A stretch of 64,000 nucleotides of DNA, taken from Chitinophagia bacterium (GTDB lineage Bacteria; Bacteroidota; Bacteroidia; Chitinophagales; Chitinophagaceae). Each line of letters opens with the position of its first letter. Positions within the stretch are counted from its first letter, which is position 1. The notes below the pieces were generated by a model that did no database searches, was not told the origin of the DNA, and was given only the letters and a program-made list of their open reading frames with translations. Positions 56,392 through 64,000 of the stretch are shown piece after piece. The stretch spans positions 8,149 to 72,148 of the forward strand of contig JAJPJP010000247.1 in NCBI GenBank assembly GCA_021324175.1, written 5' to 3'. Position numbers and translations under genes: made by a program.

Positions 56392-56808
56392 ATGAAAATT
56401 TCGAGGGAGATCTACAAACGAATTGTTGCCGGAAAAATATTCATCGACCGAAATTTCAACCAACCCATCGGTTTAGACGCAATCTCCAGGCATTCCTGCC
56501 TTTCTCGATTCTATTTCCATCGCGTATTCACATACATTTATCGCAAGACGCCGCATAGGTATCTAATGGAAAAGAGGATTGAAAGCGCAAAGCAAATGCT
56601 GTCTGCAAATGAATTGACAGTAGAGGAAGTTTGTAACACGGTCGGATATGAAAGCATTGGTTCATTTAGTATTCTCTTTAAGAAAGAAATTGGATTTGCG
56701 CCCCAGTATTATAGGAATCTCGCGCACGAAAGGCAGCAGCAGGCGAAAAATCAGCCAAAGTCCTTTATCCCTCATTGTTACATTGAAATTTACCACCTCG
56801 ACAAATAA
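56392..56808 (+). CDS. Single-domain AraC family transcriptional regulator
   Basis: SRFYFHRVF...TPHRYL...VGYESIGSFS.LFKKEIG..P..YR. Confidence 0.9.
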   Translation: MKISREIYKRIVAGKIFIDRNFNQPIGLDAISRHSCLSRFYFHRVFTYIYRKTPHRYLMEKRIESAKQMLSANELTVEEVCNTVGYESIGSFSILFKKEIGFAPQYYRNLAHERQQQAKNQPKSFIPHCYIEIYHLDK

Positions 56809-56872
56809 AGCAATATTCGATAACCGCGTTGGTGTGTAATCTTCCTATTTTTAGCTTTGCAAAAAAATTACG

Positions 56873-57529
56873 ATGGCCAATACTGTTGCACAAAAATTGA
56901 AAATACGACCAGGTGACATGCTTAAGGCGATAAATCCTCCAAGGGAATTTGAATCCGGCATTGGGGCTTTACCCGCCGGTGCTCGAATATCGTCCGATCC
57001 CTCTGCGCCAGACCAAATACATTGGTTTGTGCTTACTAGGGACCAAATGGAGCATGAGTTGGATGGGATATTCAGGATTTTGAAAAACGATATGATTTGC
57101 TGGATTTATTACCCGAAAGGGACTTCCAAAATTCAAACTGATTTAACGAGGGATAAAGGATGGGATAAACTTCTGAAAAATAAAAACTTGCAATGGCTGA
57201 GTCTAATTTCATTTGACAGCTGCTGGTCTGCGTTTGCCGTTCGGCTGAAAACTGGCTCCGATGAAAAAAAGGTAAGTAAATCGAAGGAAAGACCCATCTT
57301 ACAATATATTGATCCTGTGAAAAAAGAAGTGCATCTGCCTCGTGACCTGGGAACTGCCATGAAGGCGAATAAAAAAGCATTGAACGCCTTTAAAAATCTA
57401 TCATTCACCAATAAAAAGGAATATGTCGAATGGGTCGTGACAGCTAAAAAAGATGAAACCCGGCAGGAGAGGCTTAGGGGAACAATTGAGCGACTAGAAA
57501 AAGGTTGGAAAAACCCCAGGAATATTTAA
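56873..57529 (+). CDS. YdeI/OmpD-associated family protein
   Basis: WIYYPKGTS...DLTRD.GW; C-terminal KKEYVEWVVTAKKDETR. Confidence 0.85.
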   Translation: MANTVAQKLKIRPGDMLKAINPPREFESGIGALPAGARISSDPSAPDQIHWFVLTRDQMEHELDGIFRILKNDMICWIYYPKGTSKIQTDLTRDKGWDKLLKNKNLQWLSLISFDSCWSAFAVRLKTGSDEKKVSKSKERPILQYIDPVKKEVHLPRDLGTAMKANKKALNAFKNLSFTNKKEYVEWVVTAKKDETRQERLRGTIERLEKGWKNPRNI

Positions 57530-57616
57530 ACAAATCAGTAAAATTCGTAAAAAAGCAAATTTCGAGAACTCCCTCGGATAATGCCTCCTTACCTTCGAAC
57601 AAAATAAATTTATGAT

Positions 57617-58036
57617 ATGGTAACAAAGATGTCTCATGTGTCGCTTTTTGTAAGTGACCAGGAAAAAGCTTACGATTTTTACGTAACGAAGTTGGGCTTT
57701 GGAGTTCATACGGATGTCAGGATGGATAACGGAATGCGATGGCTTACACTTAATCCTCCTGAACAGCCTGACCTTGAAGTTGTCCTACTTGCGGCGGACG
57801 GCCCCATGTATCAGGATAAAGCGGTGACTGACGCACTTAAAGTCCTCCTTGAAAAAGGCGCGCTTGGAGCCGGGGTAATGCACACTCCTGATTGCTGGGC
57901 GACCTATGAAGAGCTCAAGGCAAAGGGCGTAGTATTCAAATGTGAGCCCAAGGAGCAATTTTACGGCATCGAGGCGATCATTACAGATGGCGTTGGAAAT
58001 TGGTTTAGCATGACGCAGCCGAAAGAAGGCGTCTGA
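57617..58036 (+). CDS. VOC (glyoxalase/bleomycin resistance) family protein
   Basis: VSDQEKAYDFYVTKLGF, RWLTL, YG.EA..DGVGNW. Confidence 0.9.
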   Translation: MVTKMSHVSLFVSDQEKAYDFYVTKLGFGVHTDVRMDNGMRWLTLNPPEQPDLEVVLLAADGPMYQDKAVTDALKVLLEKGALGAGVMHTPDCWATYEELKAKGVVFKCEPKEQFYGIEAIITDGVGNWFSMTQPKEGV

Positions 58037-58132
58037 CTCTCCCAGAATATCCGATCGCAACGAAGCACTATTTGTTTCTGCGCCGACCAACTCTGCATAA
58101 CAGTATTTGACTTTTATTTGGATTGTATGAAG

Positions 58133-58624
58133 CTACTGGCTGTCCAATTGTTCCACTTTGAATGTATATTTTTTCTGAGTGAGGTAGCTAAACGTTACGA
58201 CGATGATTGTCGTCAAGATCTTTGCAACTGTGGGATATACGTGGAATTGCTCCACAAAAAGTTTGATAAAAAGGTAGTTTAAAAGAATACATACAACTAC
58301 GAGGACAAAGTATCGGAACAGCTGGACTCTCCCGTGCAATGTAGATTCTGAAAAAACGACTTTGCGCATGAGCATAAAGCCTACGGGGAAACTAACGCAA
58401 AAAGCCATTAGAAAGGCGGCAATGTAAGGCTTAAAAACAAAAAAACCCAAGTCAAGGTTTTGCTTGTGTAGAACGTAATTATAGCTGATAAAAAATACGA
58501 AAATGTCCAAAAGGGTATTTGCGCCGCCGCATGTGGCATAGCGGAACGTTTGCAGGGGTAAAATGCGACTAAAGGGAGGATATACAAAATCAATAATCGA
58601 TATGATGAACTTTCTGAGCATCAT
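58133..58624 (-). CDS. GtrA family protein
   Basis: FRYATCGGANTLLD, four TM helices. Confidence 0.85.
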   Translation of the reverse strand: MMLRKFIISIIDFVYPPFSRILPLQTFRYATCGGANTLLDIFVFFISYNYVLHKQNLDLGFFVFKPYIAAFLMAFCVSFPVGFMLMRKVVFSESTLHGRVQLFRYFVLVVVCILLNYLFIKLFVEQFHVYPTVAKILTTIIVVTFSYLTQKKYTFKVEQLDSQ

Positions 58625-58736
58625 GCAATAAAATAGCGGCGAAGATAGGTAATCTCTTGTTGCCGACTCGTTAAAAAGTACTGCTGATCGAATATTTTAC
58701 TGCCCTTGTTGCCTTACTTTTGCCCATTCTATCAAA

Positions 58737-60524
58737 GTGACAGTATCCAGTAAAATTGAGCAGTTTGCACGGCAAGGCCTGATCGAACTCTTCCAGCGAG
58801 ACGAAGGAATTCCCATCCAGGTCAATGATACAAAACCGGAATTTGCTGGTGATTATACGGTGGTACTTTTTTCGTTGGTCAAGTCATTTAGAATTTCACC
58901 CGAGAAACTCGGAATTCAGCTGGGAAATAATCTGATAGAACGTAATCCCGAATTCTTCTCTTCCTATTCTGTTATCAAAGGATTCTTAAATCTGAGTATC
59001 GCTGACAGCGTATGGATAGATTTTCTATCATCGAGTTTTGATGATCATGAATATGGGAAGAAGAAAAGAATAGGTAAAAAGGTGATGATCGAGTATTCCT
59101 CTCCGAATACAAATAAGCCATTGCACCTTGGCCATTTGCGTAACATTTTTTTGGGATGGAGTGTCGCCGAGATTTTCAATATGAATGGATATGACGTAGT
59201 AAAAACGTGCATCGCTAATGACCGCGGAATTCATATTTGTAAAAGTATGATGGCATGGAAGCTATTTGCAAAGGGCGCTACACCGGCAAGTACCGGTATT
59301 AAAGGCGATCATTTTGTGGGCGACTATTATGTCCTGTTTAATGAAGAACTCAAAAAGCAGGTAGAGGAGCTTGTTTCAGCGGGATTAAGCAAAGAAGAAG
59401 CGGAAAAAGAGTCGCCGTTGATGAAGGGAGTTCAACAAATGCTCGTTGACTGGGAAGCGGGTTCTGCCGATATATTGGAATTATGGCAAACCATGAACAA
59501 ATGGGTGTATGCGGGATTTGATGCAACATATCGACGACTTGACGTCGACTTTGACAAGATATATTACGAGAGCAATACCTATTTACTTGGTAAGGACCTT
59601 GTTGAGTTTGGCCTGCGGCAAAGAGTCTTTTTTCAAAAACCTGATGCCAGCGTCTGGATTGATTTGACGGCTGAAGGACTTGACGAAAAAATCGTTCAGC
59701 GAAAGGATGGAACCGCTGTCTATATCACCCAGGACATCGGCCTCGCGCAACTGAAAGCAGAAGAGTATTCTCCCGATCTCAGCATTTATGTTGTTGGTGA
59801 TGAGCAGAATTATCACTTCAAGGTTTTAAAGTTGATTTGCCAAAAATTGTCGATTCCAGCCGCCGACAAAATATTCCATTTGAGTTACGGAATGGTGGAA
59901 TTGCCTTCTGGGCGGATGAAGACAAGAGAAGGTACAGTTGTGGATGCAGACGATTTATTAGATGAAATGCATAACGAAGCCAAAAGGAAGACCCAGGAGC
60001 AAGGTAAGACGGAAGGGATTGATCGCGCTGAATTAGAGACCCTTTATGAATTGATCGGCACAGGGGGCTTAAGGTTCTTTTTGCTTCGAGTTGATCCGAA
60101 AAAGAGAATGGTCTTTAATCCCGAGGAATCTATCGATTTGCATGGCTACACTGCGACTTTTGTTCAGTATGCATATGCGCGTATTAAAAGCATCCTTAGA
60201 AAAGATGGGGTACTTGAAGTCTTGCGTAATTCCTCGCTTGGACCAGGAAATCATTTGTTACCGTTAGAAAAGGCGCTCCTTGTGCAGATTGAAAAGTTTC
60301 CCGCAATGGTAGACCAGGCCTGCTTAGAAATGAATCCTTCGCTGATTGCGAACTTTGCCTTTGTGGTCGCCAAAACATTCAATTCGTTTTACGCGGAGCA
60401 TTCGGTTGCACAAGCTGAGACGCTTGAGAAAAAGGTTCTGAGGGTGCGGCTCGCGAATTTTACCGCAAACATTTTACACCGTTCTATGCGATTGCTTGGC
60501 ATTAATCTTCCTGAGAGGATGTAG
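58737..60524 (+). CDS. argS: Arginine--tRNA ligase
   Basis: EYSSPNTNKPLHLGHLRN (HIGH), KTREG, QYAYARI, C-terminal PERM; -7 element TACTTTTG at 58715. Confidence 0.96.
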   Translation: MTVSSKIEQFARQGLIELFQRDEGIPIQVNDTKPEFAGDYTVVLFSLVKSFRISPEKLGIQLGNNLIERNPEFFSSYSVIKGFLNLSIADSVWIDFLSSSFDDHEYGKKKRIGKKVMIEYSSPNTNKPLHLGHLRNIFLGWSVAEIFNMNGYDVVKTCIANDRGIHICKSMMAWKLFAKGATPASTGIKGDHFVGDYYVLFNEELKKQVEELVSAGLSKEEAEKESPLMKGVQQMLVDWEAGSADILELWQTMNKWVYAGFDATYRRLDVDFDKIYYESNTYLLGKDLVEFGLRQRVFFQKPDASVWIDLTAEGLDEKIVQRKDGTAVYITQDIGLAQLKAEEYSPDLSIYVVGDEQNYHFKVLKLICQKLSIPAADKIFHLSYGMVELPSGRMKTREGTVVDADDLLDEMHNEAKRKTQEQGKTEGIDRAELETLYELIGTGGLRFFLLRVDPKKRMVFNPEESIDLHGYTATFVQYAYARIKSILRKDGVLEVLRNSSLGPGNHLLPLEKALLVQIEKFPAMVDQACLEMNPSLIANFAFVVAKTFNSFYAEHSVAQAETLEKKVLRVRLANFTANILHRSMRLLGINLPERM

Positions 60525-60530
60525 GCAAAG

Positions 60531-61553
60531 TTACATGTCCATCTTTATCTCATGCTTGAGATTTTTCAATGATGGGTCCATTTCTATTGCTTTGTCGCAG
60601 AGTTGACGGCCCTTGGCGGTTTCCCCTTTTTTTTGATAGGCCATCCCGATCATGTATAGCGCTTTTGCATTTTCCTTGTCAAAGTAAAGGATCTTGTCCC
60701 AGTAGTCTATAGCTTCCTGGTATTTCTTTAGCCGATAATAGGTATCCGCGACGCTATAAAGCAGCACAAGGTCTGCTGGCTTTTTCTCCAATACTTTCAG
60801 CATCAGATCGAGACCTTTTTCCGCTTCACCTGCCGCGATATAAGAGTCCGAGAGATTTTCATAATAATCGTTATCAATTTTATAACCTTTTTGTGCCGCT
60901 AACAGGTAATATTGAATCGCCGATTTGTCGTCAGGAATCGTTGCAAAAGTCAAAGCGCATTCGTATATCCATTGAAATTTGCTTGAATCAAGGAAAATCG
61001 CTCTCTTAAAAAAAGCAATCGCAGCCTTGTAATTATTCATATCCACGAAACTGCGTGCCTGCAGGTATGGGATTTCCGCATTCGCGGTGTCATCTTTTGC
61101 AGCGGCCTGAAGATATTTAAACGAATTCCCGTAGTCTTCCTGTTGATAATAACTTTTCCCAATCATGTAGTTCCAATTTTTACCGACACTCATTTGCTGG
61201 GCTTTTTTTCCATATTCGATTGCTTCGGGCCATTGGTGAGTCCAGAAATAAAGATTCGCCAGATTCTCAACAGCGACCTTGTCATCCTTATTAATCTGTT
61301 CGACCATTTGGAAGGCCATTTCGGCGTTGTCATATTTTCTCAGTTCAAGAGAAGTGAGTCCGAGTTCCCGCTGGGCATCAGCGTTATCGATTCTGAATTT
61401 TGTGGATTTTTGTAAATCGTTAAAAGCAACCATGTACAGGTGATTCGACTTTTCTTCGAGACCCTTGCGATAATAGTAGTCGGAACTGTCGGATTGGCAA
61501 TAAGTATATCCAAAAGAGAGGGTGATCACAGCAAATACGAGTACGTTTTTCAT
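60531..61553 (-). CDS. Secreted tetratricopeptide repeat protein
   Basis: Signal peptide; multiple TPR repeats. Confidence 0.85.
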   Translation of the reverse strand: MKNVLVFAVITLSFGYTYCQSDSSDYYYRKGLEEKSNHLYMVAFNDLQKSTKFRIDNADAQRELGLTSLELRKYDNAEMAFQMVEQINKDDKVAVENLANLYFWTHQWPEAIEYGKKAQQMSVGKNWNYMIGKSYYQQEDYGNSFKYLQAAAKDDTANAEIPYLQARSFVDMNNYKAAIAFFKRAIFLDSSKFQWIYECALTFATIPDDKSAIQYYLLAAQKGYKIDNDYYENLSDSYIAAGEAEKGLDLMLKVLEKKPADLVLLYSVADTYYRLKKYQEAIDYWDKILYFDKENAKALYMIGMAYQKKGETAKGRQLCDKAIEMDPSLKNLKHEIKMDM

Positions 61554-61658
61554 AAAAGGGTTTGAATTATTTAATTTTCCCTATTTGCGTTGTTCTTATG
61601 ACGCTTTGCTTCATGCGATTCAAGCCCAAAACCTAAACAAACCGGGCGAATCACCCGG

Positions 61659-63683
61659 CTATTTCAAGACTATAGCTCCTAACGCTGGGAGATGAACATT
61701 TATTTCGTAGAAGTCCTGCTTTTTGTCTATCAATTTGACCTCTGGTTCGGGGTTAAAAACGTCTCCGGAACCCCAATATTTTTTGCTGTCGCTGTTGAAG
61801 ATTTCCCGCCACGCTGACTTGCCGTATGTGGCTATTTTCCAGTCTCGTCTTACTACCGGAGTCAGGTTAAGAATGATTAATATGTCATCTTCTGATTTCT
61901 TCCCTTTCCTTCGATAGCTGATCACGGTTTCGGCGCGGTGGTTCAAGTCAACCCATTCAAAGCCATGTACATTAAATTGGTTTTGATATAATGCTGGTTC
62001 ATTCCTAAGCAATAAATTCAGATCGCGTACACAATCTTTAAGCAGGCGGTGGGGATCGAACTGCAGCAAATTCCACTGAAGTTCGCTTTTGTAGTTCCAT
62101 TCATGCGTCGCACCGAACTCATCACCCATAAATAGAAGCTTGCCTCCCGGATGCGTAAACATATACGCGTACATCAATCTTAAATTGGCAAATTTCTGCC
62201 ACTCATCTCCAGGCATTTTATAGAGCATAGGCGATTTGCCGTGCACGATTTCATCGTGGCTTAAGGGGAGCATGAAATTCTCGTCGTAGAAATACATCAT
62301 GCTGAAAGAAAATTTATCCTGGTGATATTGCCGGTGAATAGGATCTAATTTGAAATAATCGAGAGTGTCATGCATCCAACCCATCATCCACTTCATACCG
62401 AAACCCAGGCCGCCGGCGTAAGTCGGTTTACTTATGCCCGGCCAATCTGTCGCTTCTTCCGCAATTGTCTGCGTGTCAGAAAAATCGCGGAACAACGTTA
62501 CATTGAGATCTTTGACAAATGCAATTGCTTCAAGGTTGCCATCTCCGCCAAATTCATTCGGCTCCCATTGGCCCTTTTTCCTGGAGTAATTCAATTTGAG
62601 AATTGAACTGACCGCATCGACGCGAATACCGTCGGCGTGGAACTTGTCCATCCAGAAACGCGCGCTACTGATCAGGAAAGATTTCACCTCTCCGCGCTTG
62701 TAATTAAAAATATAGCTGTTCCAGTCGGGATGAAATCCTTTACGCATATCTGCGTATTCATAAGTGTTCGTTCCATCAAACATAAAAAGACCGTGGGCGT
62801 CATAGGGAAAGTGAGAAGGTACCCAGTCAAGTATCACGCCGATGCCCTGCTGGTGAAAGGCCTCGACCAGTGCCATAAATTGCTGCGGGTTCCCGAATCG
62901 TGAAGTTGGCGCAAAATAACCCGTGCCCTGGTAGCCCCAGCTGCCGTCAAATGGATGCTCCATAATTGGCATCAGCTCGACGTGCGTATACCCCATTTCC
63001 TTCACATACGGAACAAGATTTTCCCGGAAAAAGTCGTAGCTGTTATATGTTTCTTCATCGTTGGGATCGGGACGCATCCAGCTCGCCAGGTGCACTTCAT
63101 AAACGCTCCATGGTGCCTCGAGCGAATTGGCGCCCTTTCTATCTTTCATCCAGTCTTTGTCCTCCCAGGAATAGTCCAGGTCCCAGGTAATTGAAGCAGT
63201 ATTCGGTCTTTTTTCCCAGTAATTTGCATAAGGATCACCCTTATCCAAATTGGCGCCCTTGAATCCATGAATATGAAATTTGTAAATTTCACCTTTGGGA
63301 AGGTTAGGAACAAATCCTTCCCAGATTCCTGATTTATCAAGCCTGACATATAAGGGATGAGCTTGATTATCCCAATGATTAAAATTTCCGACAACGGAAA
63401 CGTATGTCGCATTAGGCGCCCAAACTGAAAAATAATACCCATCCACTCCCAGAACTTCTAAACCGTGCGCACCAAAAAGGTCATAAATCGAGTAATGGGT
63501 ACCCTGTTGAAAGTCTTGAATGTCGATATCTTCAAAAAGGGAATAATTCCAAACAGGGCGGGTTGAATCGACAAAATGAATCTCCTCGTATTTAAGTTCT
63601 TCTAGCCGTGCATTATTTTCTTCAGCCCGCGAAGCCGCTGGTTTTGCAGGCTTTTTCGCATGTTTCTTTTTCTTTTCTGGCAT
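61659..63683 (-). CDS. glgB: 1,4-alpha-glucan branching enzyme
   Basis: FSVWAPNA, YEVHLASW, GSWGYQ, DWVPSHF, RVDAVSS, AEE, LPLSHDE. Confidence 0.95.
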   Translation of the reverse strand: MPEKKKKHAKKPAKPAASRAEENNARLEELKYEEIHFVDSTRPVWNYSLFEDIDIQDFQQGTHYSIYDLFGAHGLEVLGVDGYYFSVWAPNATYVSVVGNFNHWDNQAHPLYVRLDKSGIWEGFVPNLPKGEIYKFHIHGFKGANLDKGDPYANYWEKRPNTASITWDLDYSWEDKDWMKDRKGANSLEAPWSVYEVHLASWMRPDPNDEETYNSYDFFRENLVPYVKEMGYTHVELMPIMEHPFDGSWGYQGTGYFAPTSRFGNPQQFMALVEAFHQQGIGVILDWVPSHFPYDAHGLFMFDGTNTYEYADMRKGFHPDWNSYIFNYKRGEVKSFLISSARFWMDKFHADGIRVDAVSSILKLNYSRKKGQWEPNEFGGDGNLEAIAFVKDLNVTLFRDFSDTQTIAEEATDWPGISKPTYAGGLGFGMKWMMGWMHDTLDYFKLDPIHRQYHQDKFSFSMMYFYDENFMLPLSHDEIVHGKSPMLYKMPGDEWQKFANLRLMYAYMFTHPGGKLLFMGDEFGATHEWNYKSELQWNLLQFDPHRLLKDCVRDLNLLLRNEPALYQNQFNVHGFEWVDLNHRAETVISYRRKGKKSEDDILIILNLTPVVRRDWKIATYGKSAWREIFNSDSKKYWGSGDVFNPEPEVKLIDKKQDFYEINVHLPALGAIVLK

Positions 63684-64000
63684 ATAGAGATTTTTATCGA
63701 TCGCAAAAAGCTGTTTTCCTGATGGTAAAATTAAGAGATCATTGCTCGTTGTTGATTTTTTTGTTCAACATACGCATAGTTGTGCTCATCTGCTCTCACG
63801 TGTTCCGCCGTTTTGCATATGCGGCGCCGATTTGGATTCGGTTTCTTGGAAATGCCTCGAAGAATCCTGCAGATATGAGGAAGGTTTTGAAAATGCGCTT
63901 TTGAACAGCTAATGGAAGCAAAACTGATCTTCATCATTAAATTGCACGAACCTGGTTGCAATTTAGCCATCCTTCTAGCACTAATTTATCGCTTGTCATC

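Noticed and set aside
63608-64000. ORFs at the right edge (63731-63970 minus, 63608-63904 plus)
   Set aside because: No recognisable motifs. A different minus frame ending at about 63938 may be the tail of a truncated gene but is too short to call.

Overview
Chromosomal segment of a Bacteroidota bacterium, most likely Chitinophagaceae (inferred from gene content and repeated TAnnTTTG -7 promoters). It is mostly housekeeping: recF, pdhA, ribH, cobB, pgm, rpmI-rplT, speA, lgt, gyrA, serA, nnr, malQ, dnaK, argS and glgB, plus a five-gene TonB-dependent receptor/DUF4249 locus. The most unusual feature is a ~1 kb region at 32.65-33.66 kb. It has three Xer/dif-type sites in alternating orientation, the rightmost a near-canonical chromosomal dif, and a 19-bp direct repeat 975 bp apart. 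It also has a ~190-nt imperfect palindrome that would fold in ssDNA into a CTXphi-like attP stem, further long-range inverted repeats and two tiny cargo ORFs, but no integrase or rep gene. I read it as a candidate miniature non-autonomous Xer-exploiting element or dif module. Other candidates: a structured, possibly SAM-type RNA leader before a monocistronic 68-aa unknown protein; matching sigma54-like promoters before hsp20 and dnaK; a structured leader on an infC-less rpmI-rplT operon; and a duplicated AraC operator. No rRNA, tRNA, CRISPR array or transposase was recognised. All family assignments are by eye from motifs, with no database search.
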